From Verrucomicrobiales bacterium (GTDB taxonomy: Bacteria > Verrucomicrobiota > Verrucomicrobiia > Verrucomicrobiales > SLCJ01): DNA of 14,625 bases. Position 1 is the stretch's first letter, and each line of letters opens with the position of its first letter. Shown here piece after piece: positions 7,790 through 14,625 of the stretch. Made by a program: the position numbers and the translations under genes. The notes below the pieces were generated by a model. The model saw only the letters and a program-made list of their open reading frames with translations. It made no database searches and was not told where the DNA came from. The stretch covers positions 1 through 14,625 of the forward strand of contig JBJTQJ010000033.1 of assembly GCA_046075565.1 (NCBI GenBank), read 5' to 3'.

Positions 7790-10700
7790 AGTTGCCAGCG
7801 GCTGTGCCGAACCCTCGAATCTGGATAAAGTAGATTCCGGGCCTGAGACCGGTTGCGATGCGGAAGTTGGGCCCTTCGCCGCCATCCTCATCCCGGGCCA
7901 CCACACGCTGGTTGACATCGTAGAGCACACCCGATGTGTCCGTGGTGCCGGTGGTGGTGACGACCACAACGCCGGTTTGAACGACCTGGAACCGGAAGAT
8001 GTCCGTGTCGCCCACCCGTTCGAGTTTTGCCGCGACTGTTTCTCCGAAGGATATGGGAGTGGCTCCCGCGAAGGTTCCCTCATGATCATCCGGATCTCCG
8101 AAACCGACTCCCTTGATGTTGAAGGTATAGGGATTCTCATTCGCGTCATTATTGGCGATGGAAACGGTCGCGAGATGGGTTCCGGCGAAGGCAGGATTGT
8201 AGCGGATGATAAAGGGGGACATGCTTCCCGAACCCACCGGATTGGCCGGCGGCGTAATGACGCTGAAATGCGAGGCCCCATCTCCGGCGAGGGTGACGGC
8301 GGGGGTTCCGGTGAGGTTGAGAACCGCGAAACCGGTGTTCTTGATATTGAAGGTCCGATTCACAAAGCCGGAAATGGCATTTACGCTGCCAAAATCAGTG
8401 CCATCAACCGCCGAGGCGACGGTGTTTCCGCTGGGGATAATCTTGCTGGAAAGACCGACCAGTTCGATTTCCGGTTGCAGGGTCTCGAAGCCGACCACCA
8501 ACTTGAAGTCACCGAAAGTGAGCGCCGTCCGGCCCGTCACCCGGATGAAGTAGATACCGGCAGGAAGGACTGTGGAAATGCGGAAGTTCTTCCCTTCGCC
8601 GCCATCGTCATCGCGCTGGAGGAATTTTCCGGTCCCTTCGTACAACTCACCCACCGTATCCATCGTTCCGGTCGTGTTGACGTTCAATGTCACCGTTTCC
8701 GTGAGAGTTATGCGGTAGGATTTTGCACTTCCCGGTTCGCCGATGCGGTCGTTCGTTTCGCTTGGAAGTCCAACCGGCACCGAGTCGGCGAAGTTCGCGC
8801 TACCCGTGGATGCGGTTCCCTGGATGGCGAACGTGTAGGATCCTTCATCGGCATCGCTGTTGGCGATGGAAACTGTAGCCAAGTAGGTCCCTACTTTGGT
8901 GGGCCGAAAACCGATGGTGAAATTTGAAGTGCCACTTGCCGGCACCGGAGAGGTCGGTTGTGCATCAACGGTGAAGAACGGCGCCCCCGCTCCGGTGATT
9001 TTCACTAGGGGCGTCCCGTTTAAAAGCAAGTCAAGCTTGCCCGAATTCACCACGGAGAACTGACGTGTGGCCACGGTGAAGGGCGCAATCACTCCGAAAG
9101 AGTTGCCCTTCTGCTCGGTGGGTGCCACATCTCCCGTCAAAATGGTCGTCCCAACACCTCCCACAATGGCGATTTCCGGACCGTCCGCGGTTTCTGCGGC
9201 GATATTCACCGAATAAGGCCCGGTTTGACTGCCCACGCCCGCTCGAACCTGCAGGAAGTGCACGCCGGGAGAGAGCAATCTCCGGATGCGGAAATTCCGG
9301 TTCCCGCCGGAGTCATCATCCGAGCCCAAGGAAATGGACTGGCTATTGAACAGTGTGGCTCGCACGTCTGTCGTCCCGGAAGAAGTGATGACGTAAACGG
9401 CTGCGGTAGGAACGGTAAAAGAAAACGTGTCGACATCTCCGCTGATTTCAAGCACTCCCCCAACGGACTGAGGCGGGGTCACAGTGGTGGCGGTAACGAA
9501 GGTATTACCGTGGTCATCCAAAGCCTGCGGAGGTCGCGGAGCAATCCCAGTGAGGGTATATTGTCCGAGTGAACCATAGTCGGTGTAGCCGTCTGCGAGT
9601 GGATTGCCTCGCCCAACCCCCGACACCTTAATCAAATAGGTTCCTTCTTTCAGTTTCACCGAGGTTCCTGCGGGGAGCAAACGATCCGGATTCGAGAAAG
9701 CCAGCCTGTTGCCCCCCACGTCACAGATTTCCACCAGAATGTCCAAATTGGGGAGTTTGTCGGCGGGATTTGCATTGAACTGGATGGTGCCGCCACCCAT
9801 CTTGACGAGGAAACAATCCACGTCGGCGGCAGTGGATATCACGCCGGCCAGGCTGAAGCTCTCGGCACCCAAACCCGTGGTGATTCGGATGACGGTGGCT
9901 CCGGTCAATCCGTCGGCGTGGTCGTCGGTCACGAAGTCCACATTGTTGTTCGCCTCAATGATGGCGAGGTCATCTTCGTTCGCCCTCGACGGGTTTTTGT
10001 ATTCGCCTTTCGACCATTGGGTGACGGTTTTGTAGTATCCCGCGCCCATAATCGGCGCCCACCCCACCGCACCATCACCTTGGCCTGTGTAGTATTCCTC
10101 GACAGGATTGGATCTCCCGTCGTGGCGAAGACCAAATGTGTGGCCAACCTCGTGGCTAATCACTTCAACCGCCGATTTTCCAAAGGCGTAAAAACACCAA
10201 CACACCTTTTTGTCGTCATCCCAGTTGAAGGAATTCAGGTAGGCCACACCACCGGCACCAGGCGCGGCATCGATGGTCGGGGTAATCATCACTTGAATGC
10301 GGCTAGTGCGGGGAGCAGCTTGGTAAACGGCGAGATCGGTAGTCACATTGACGTTGAATGGCGCAAAATCCTCTACCACACCTTTCCAGACTTCTGTAAC
10401 CGAGGCATCGTTCACATTCGAGGGTTTGGCATCGAAATCGCCCCACCCTGGGAAGGGTCCGGTTTCGCCATCGAAGTCCAAGTAAATGACGCCTCTGGCA
10501 CCGGGGCGGCTCTGCAGTTTGATAATGACTGGTGGATCAGCCTGACCGACTGGTGGGGATGCGAGCGGAACACCTTTCGCCACCGGCATGCCCATTTTTC
10601 CGCGACAGAAGACCTCGTCCGGATCTTTTTCCACCAGCAGCATGCCTGCTTCGGGGTTCGAACTGTCCACTGAATAAGCGAGATTGGCTTCGTCGAAACG

Positions 10701-11258
10701 TACGAAGCCGGACAATTCACCGGCTACGCCGGGCGTCTGATTGCGTACGAAATAGAAGAGCCCCTGATGAGGAGATTCCGCTTTGCCTGTGATGGAAACC
10801 CACTCGCCATTCTCCTGGCGGCCAAAGTCCACCACACCTTCAAGTTGGAGCCCACCCGGAAGGGGAATAGACACCTTGGTTCCTTTTCCACCGGAAAAAA
10901 TGGCAGCCAAATCTTCTTCGGTCAAAACGATCTGGCGGACGAGAGTCTCCTTGGCTTGTCCGACCACACCCGCTCGCTCCGCTTCCTTGCCAGCAGCCTG
11001 AGCGCACGACGGACAACTCTTGCAATGTCCATGACTTGCGGCCGCCGGCTCGATTGGAAGCGGAGCGGCAACGATCTCCACATTCCGGACCGGTTCCGGC
11101 TGGGGCGCTATTTCAGCAGATTCAGCAGTGCGGCTTGGTGAAGCAACAGTTGATGCTCGCGATTCACGCTGCTCACTGGTAATGACATATCCCACCACCA
11201 GGGCGGTAATCAGTGAGGTGGTAATGGTAAAGAATTTTTTGGAGTTCATGGCAAACAT
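7767..11258 (-). CDS. Secreted or anchored zinc metalloprotease (metzincin, M12B/reprolysin-like) with prodomain, 4 PPC-type domains and 2 choice-of-anchor-D/ASH Ig-like domains, 1163 aa
   Basis: N-terminal hydrophobic segment (start at 11258 or 11249). LQSRPGARGVIYLDFDG opens the catalytic domain. Zinc motif HEVGHTFGLRH (HExxHxxGxxH) at 10122-10154; Met-turn APIMG (Met codon 10047-10049). PPC-like repeats begin DDH.. and/or contain DDDSGGNRNFRI / DDDGGEGKNFRI / DEDGGEGPNFRI. Two repeats of PEI...FG...F.(V/I).N.G...L.L.GTP.V...G.GA..F.V...ATVSIAN.DA.E..YTF.I.G. Confidence 0.92.
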   Translation of the reverse strand: MFAMNSKKFFTITTSLITALVVGYVITSEQRESRASTVASPSRTAESAEIAPQPEPVRNVEIVAAPLPIEPAAASHGHCKSCPSCAQAAGKEAERAGVVGQAKETLVRQIVLTEEDLAAIFSGGKGTKVSIPLPGGLQLEGVVDFGRQENGEWVSITGKAESPHQGLFYFVRNQTPGVAGELSGFVRFDEANLAYSVDSSNPEAGMLLVEKDPDEVFCRGKMGMPVAKGVPLASPPVGQADPPVIIKLQSRPGARGVIYLDFDGETGPFPGWGDFDAKPSNVNDASVTEVWKGVVEDFAPFNVNVTTDLAVYQAAPRTSRIQVMITPTIDAAPGAGGVAYLNSFNWDDDKKVCWCFYAFGKSAVEVISHEVGHTFGLRHDGRSNPVEEYYTGQGDGAVGWAPIMGAGYYKTVTQWSKGEYKNPSRANEDDLAIIEANNNVDFVTDDHADGLTGATVIRITTGLGAESFSLAGVISTAADVDCFLVKMGGGTIQFNANPADKLPNLDILVEICDVGGNRLAFSNPDRLLPAGTSVKLKEGTYLIKVSGVGRGNPLADGYTDYGSLGQYTLTGIAPRPPQALDDHGNTFVTATTVTPPQSVGGVLEISGDVDTFSFTVPTAAVYVITSSGTTDVRATLFNSQSISLGSDDDSGGNRNFRIRRLLSPGVHFLQVRAGVGSQTGPYSVNIAAETADGPEIAIVGGVGTTILTGDVAPTEQKGNSFGVIAPFTVATRQFSVVNSGKLDLLLNGTPLVKITGAGAPFFTVDAQPTSPVPASGTSNFTIGFRPTKVGTYLATVSIANSDADEGSYTFAIQGTASTGSANFADSVPVGLPSETNDRIGEPGSAKSYRITLTETVTLNVNTTGTMDTVGELYEGTGKFLQRDDDGGEGKNFRISTVLPAGIYFIRVTGRTALTFGDFKLVVGFETLQPEIELVGLSSKIIPSGNTVASAVDGTDFGSVNAISGFVNRTFNIKNTGFAVLNLTGTPAVTLAGDGASHFSVITPPANPVGSGSMSPFIIRYNPAFAGTHLATVSIANNDANENPYTFNIKGVGFGDPDDHEGTFAGATPISFGETVAAKLERVGDTDIFRFQVVQTGVVVVTTTGTTDTSGVLYDVNQRVVARDEDGGEGPNFRIATGLRPGIYFIQIRGFGTAAGNYALSTGF

Positions 11259-11390
11259 GGATTCGGCAGTGCTTTGGCCGGCAAAATTTCGCGCCGGCTT
11301 GGCCGGGCGTCCGGAGAAGAAACTTGAATTGGGGGCTTCGTGTTTCGGGGGAGAAGAGTGTTGATGTTTCAGTGGTCAAAACGCCACAAG

Positions 11391-11419
11391 CCCCGGTCCG
11401 GACGGAGCCGGAGCCGGGG
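11391..11419 (-). terminator. Possible terminator or stabilising hairpin downstream of the giant repeat protein
   Basis: GC-rich imperfect inverted repeat CCCCGG-T-CCGG..CCGG-AG-CCGGGG about 60 nt after the stop at 11479. On the minus strand it is followed by cttgtggcgtttt, a weak U-tract. Confidence 0.4.
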
Positions 11420-11478
11420 ACATTTTGCCTAGAAGGCCACCGGGGTTGGTGGTGTTCTCGCGATGTTGGGGGCCAGGG

Positions 11479-14400
11479 TCATCTGAGCTTCCAGTCTTGG
11501 GTAATCACGTGGCTCTTCCCTCCGATTGACAAGGTGGCCGACCGCGGCACCGGGAAGGAGGCAGCGCTGTAAAAGGCCACGCTTACAGTGATAGTGGCAT
11601 TTCCGGTGCCGTTGAACGACACTGGATAGACTGCGGTAGGCGCAGGCGTCTGGGCAACCCCGTTGATCCTGATGGAAATCCACCGATCCGGGATAGTGAC
11701 GGTCCATGGGCCGTCGGCTGTGACTTTAATATCGTAAGTCGCTCCATTGGCCGGAATATACGGACTCTTGCTGGCGCTGATGCTCACAACGACCCCATTC
11801 TGGGTTACGGTGTGAATCCTGCCGGCAATATTGATGGTCCCAACTCTCTTCTGTGTGCTGGTGTTGGGTGCCACCGTCACGAGCACTTGGCGGGTGGTAT
11901 TGTCCACCGCCACGGTCAGCCAGTCAGCCCCTGTCAGCACCGTCGCGGAAATATTTCCGATGGTGTCGACAGCAACGTAGTAGGACGCGCCTGCGGCACC
12001 CACCGTCCGGTTGGACGACGAGATGGTCGTGGTGCGGGCGTATTGGAGGAGGTAGTGGGGTTGCCCGGCGATGGTGATCACCGTGTTGCGGTTGAAGTCG
12101 GTGGTGTTCCGTGAAACCACCACCGTGACGATGCCGTCGTCGGTTCCGCCGGCGCTGGCGGTAACCCAAGGAGCTTCAGGCGGAATTTCCACCGTCCACG
12201 CACCCCTGGTGAAGACCGAAACGGTGTAGGTAAGTCCGGTGCCATTCACGGTCTTCGAGGTCGGTCCCACGACGGTGTAGTCGGGTTCCTCGCCGAGAAG
12301 ATTCGGTTCCAGAATCGCCTTGCCGGAGCCGGCCGGTGCGATGTAAAAACCAGTCACCTGTTGTTGCTTCTGCAGAATCACACCGCGGAAAGTGGCGGAG
12401 TTGTTCACGATGCCGAGGCTCGTATTGCCTCCGGTTTTGATTTGATAGGAGCCGGTCAACTCACCCGTGCTGTTGTTCGATCCGCCACTCAAGACGTAGG
12501 ATGCGTTGTTGGGGACGGTCAACGGACCGGACGGCGACCACTGACCCACCAAGCGGGTGTTGATCAATTGTCCGCTCGTCAAGGCGAGCACGGAATTCAT
12601 GCCCGTGCCGCTGAACCAAGGAGCGGGCATTTGCGCGAAACCGGGACGGATAAAGGTCGAACCCAAGATGTCGCGGTTTTGATCAAAACCTTGGGTGAAG
12701 CTGTTGTTCACGATGGTGGTCGGACGATGGATACGTACGAGGCCACCGACATCGCTCAATGCGGGCAGAGCCAAAGGCACGACACGGAGCGATGCGAGCA
12801 AAGTGCGGGTCGGATTGCTGCCGACGCGGGCAGCCAAGGCGACGAAGTTCCCACTCACCAGTTTGCCGGAGGCGGTATAAGAGGTGCCGTCGGGCAGGTA
12901 ACCCTTGAAGGTAACAGAACCGTTGGTGGCGACACTTCCATAACCATAGACGTCTCCCGTGGCCTCGGTTTGACCAGTGCGGATTGCGGCCGCCCAGGTG
13001 TAAAGTCCGGCGGGAGCGAGGGGTGAAGAGTTGGAATAGGCAGGACGACGAAGCTCGAAGCTTCCCAGCACGGAGCTATTGTTTGACAATCTGCCACGGA
13101 GCACATACTCGGCACCGATCGTCTCGAAGTTGAAATTCAACACGGTGGAACCACCGGGCAGACTGACCACGCCAGCGTAGCTGCCGAAGGCGTTAATCGT
13201 CCCGCTGAAACTCTTTGACCCGGCGATGCCGACCATGGATCCGGTGAACTTGCCTCGGGAGTTGACGAAAATCTCCATTTGCGCGTTCAGGTTGCCGAAG
13301 TTGTCGGTCACCATCCCACAATAGGTTCCGTTGATGAGCGGATTGGCGAAGTTGAGCGGAACGAGGCTGACATTTCCTCCGAAGGAAGGAACAGTTGGGT
13401 CGGTGCCCAGCACATTGACTTCATACCAGTCGGGAATTCCATCCCCATCGGTATCAAGCTCTTGGTCGTTCGGGTCGGTCACACCGTCACCGTCGGAATC
13501 CTTGTTGGTAGGATTCGTGGTAATGAACTCGATAATATAGCCTTGGGCGGTCGTGACCGGTTGCATTACCCATTGGAAATTGGGAAGCAGCGCCATACCA
13601 TCGGCATCTCCCGGATTGGCCGGTTGCCCTTCGGCCCACTTGAGGTAGGTCAGCGTCGGCCCGTTGAGGGTTCTCAAATTGTTAATCCACTGATAGGTGG
13701 CCTCGGTGTTGAGGTCGTGGCCGCCGATCCAGTAGGTCGCATTCAGCGGGAGAGTTTGCGCTCTCTTCAGGTAAGCCAACCGGCGCTCCATCAGAATCTG
13801 TTTGGCAGAGGTATCCGGCACGGCGAGGCGTCCGCCACGGGCAATGGCGTCAAGGCGGGCTTGTTCCCAAGTGAACGTGCCGGTCACCACCCCGAACGGC
13901 CTCACTTCACGACCGTCGGTCAAGCCATCACTGTCCGTGTCAGCGCTCAGCGGATCCGTGCCCGCGGCAAGTTCTTCAGTGTAGGTCAGACCGTCATTGT
14001 CCACATCGGGATGTTTCGGACGATCATGTACAATCGGATTGGTCGTCGGGAATTCGATGATATATCCGAACAAAGTGGAAATGGGTGACATCCTCCACTT
14101 GAAGTCCGAACGCAAAACCATTCCATCGGCATTCCCGAGATTGCTCGGCTCGGCAACCCCCCAGTTCGTGTCAACCCCAAGCGCCGGACCATTGGTGTTC
14201 CCGACCGAGTCCACCCACTGGTAGCTGGCTTCCGTAATCGTGTCGTGACCGCCCAGCCAGTAGGAGTTACCGGGGGGAAGGGCCTGCGCATTTCTCAGGA
14301 AAGCCAGTTGCCGCTCCATGGAAACCCGCTTGGCCTGGGTGTCCGGCGCCGCCAGGCGGCCACCGCGCGCGATGGCGTCCTGCCGCGCTTGTTCCCAAGT

Positions 14401-14625
14401 GAAGGTTCCGGTGACGAATTCGAACGGACGCGTTTCACGCCCGTCGGAGAGACCATCCCCGTCCGTGTCGGGATTGAGCGGATCGGTGCCCGCGGCAACC
14501 TCCTCGCTGTAAACGAGCCCGTCTCCGTCCACGTCCGAAGGAATCACATTGTCCGGGACGAGCGGATTGGTCGGCAAAAACTCAATCACGTAGGCCAACT
14601 GGGTGGCTTCCACAGCCATGGCCCA
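11479..14625 (-). CDS. Large surface/adhesin-like repeat protein, 5'-partial: tandem DxDxDG + C-type-lectin-like units, an unnamed beta-rich domain, three C-terminal BACON-like domains
   Basis: The frame is open to the window edge. WAMAVEATQLAYVIEF is the tail of a further upstream repeat (compare WRMSPISTLFGYIIEF and WVMQPVTTAQGYIIEF), so ATG 14619 is not the real start. CTLD hallmarks: FTWEQAR.DAIARGGRLA and YW(L/I)GGHD. Acidic DVDGDGL..SEE..AGTDP..PDTDGDGLSDG motifs. BACON-like repeats W(V/L/I)(T/S)...V.V...R...(I/L).I.G..H...Q at ~11482-12279. Confidence 0.88.
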   Translation of the reverse strand, partial: WAMAVEATQLAYVIEFLPTNPLVPDNVIPSDVDGDGLVYSEEVAAGTDPLNPDTDGDGLSDGRETRPFEFVTGTFTWEQARQDAIARGGRLAAPDTQAKRVSMERQLAFLRNAQALPPGNSYWLGGHDTITEASYQWVDSVGNTNGPALGVDTNWGVAEPSNLGNADGMVLRSDFKWRMSPISTLFGYIIEFPTTNPIVHDRPKHPDVDNDGLTYTEELAAGTDPLSADTDSDGLTDGREVRPFGVVTGTFTWEQARLDAIARGGRLAVPDTSAKQILMERRLAYLKRAQTLPLNATYWIGGHDLNTEATYQWINNLRTLNGPTLTYLKWAEGQPANPGDADGMALLPNFQWVMQPVTTAQGYIIEFITTNPTNKDSDGDGVTDPNDQELDTDGDGIPDWYEVNVLGTDPTVPSFGGNVSLVPLNFANPLINGTYCGMVTDNFGNLNAQMEIFVNSRGKFTGSMVGIAGSKSFSGTINAFGSYAGVVSLPGGSTVLNFNFETIGAEYVLRGRLSNNSSVLGSFELRRPAYSNSSPLAPAGLYTWAAAIRTGQTEATGDVYGYGSVATNGSVTFKGYLPDGTSYTASGKLVSGNFVALAARVGSNPTRTLLASLRVVPLALPALSDVGGLVRIHRPTTIVNNSFTQGFDQNRDILGSTFIRPGFAQMPAPWFSGTGMNSVLALTSGQLINTRLVGQWSPSGPLTVPNNASYVLSGGSNNSTGELTGSYQIKTGGNTSLGIVNNSATFRGVILQKQQQVTGFYIAPAGSGKAILEPNLLGEEPDYTVVGPTSKTVNGTGLTYTVSVFTRGAWTVEIPPEAPWVTASAGGTDDGIVTVVVSRNTTDFNRNTVITIAGQPHYLLQYARTTTISSSNRTVGAAGASYYVAVDTIGNISATVLTGADWLTVAVDNTTRQVLVTVAPNTSTQKRVGTINIAGRIHTVTQNGVVVSISASKSPYIPANGATYDIKVTADGPWTVTIPDRWISIRINGVAQTPAPTAVYPVSFNGTGNATITVSVAFYSAASFPVPRSATLSIGGKSHVITQDWKLR
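13510..14625 (-). repeat. Intragenic tandem repeat, ~528-nt (176-aa) unit; two complete copies plus the end of a third
   Basis: DVDGDG starts at 14535 and DVDNDG at 14007 (528 nt apart). Shared DNA blocks include ttgttcccaagtgaa (13861 and ~14389) and cggatc(c/g)gtgcccgcggcaa (13951 and ~14480). Confidence 0.85.

Noticed and set aside
7767..7800. C-terminal Phe of the protease as an outer-membrane barrel (BAM) signal
   Set aside because: The terminus is the last strand of a PPC-like domain (GNYALSTGF), with no barrel domain before it.
7790..8281. 164-codon N-terminal extension of the 477-aa ORF, overlapping the protease in another frame
   Set aside because: The Ser/Pro/Arg-rich translation looks like off-frame sequence. 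The protease frame encodes complete ASH and PPC domains here, and a TM-bearing start exists at 7789.
7719..8927. 402-aa plus-strand ORF (likewise 7011-7709, 9918-10673, 12361-13026, 13279-14088)
   Set aside because: Antisense shadows of clear minus-strand genes, with no independent protein signal.
14617..14619. ATG as the start of the giant protein
   Set aside because: It is the Met of the conserved W-x-M repeat motif. The frame is open to the edge and there is no signal peptide.
13510..14625. Diversity-generating retroelement target or template, suggested by C-type lectin folds and repeats
   Set aside because: The repeats are in-frame coding units diverged at all base types rather than adenine-specifically, and no reverse transcriptase is present in the window.
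1..14625. CRISPR array, tRNA/rRNA, IS or integrase
   Set aside because: The window is almost entirely protein-coding. No spaced direct repeats, RNA-gene signatures or transposase/integrase motifs were seen.

Overview
About 14.6 kb of GC-rich (roughly 58-60% by eye) bacterial DNA with all real genes on the minus strand. Protein style and the mostly SD-less, C/T-rich leaders suggest Verrucomicrobiota (inference). In transcription order (right to left) there are two adjoining modules. Module 1 is a surface/secreted module: (a) a 5'-truncated giant repeat protein with at least 3 tandem ~176-aa [DxDxDG Ca-binding + Cys-free C-type-lectin-like] units, a ~340-aa beta-rich domain with no family I can name, and 3 BACON-like domains; (b) a 1163-aa metzincin (M12B/reprolysin-like) protease with alternating PPC and choice-of-anchor-D/ASH Ig domains; (c) two membrane-anchored helical/HEAT-like proteins of unknown function. 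Module 2 is a sugar-utilisation module: an SLC5 sodium:solute symporter, a YphG-like DUF5107+TPR protein, and a secreted GH2 glycoside hydrolase. The GH2 gene is broken by an in-frame TAA (822-824) and a 1-nt frameshift (~337-346), and it runs off the left edge. No rRNA, tRNA, CRISPR array or mobile element was recognised.
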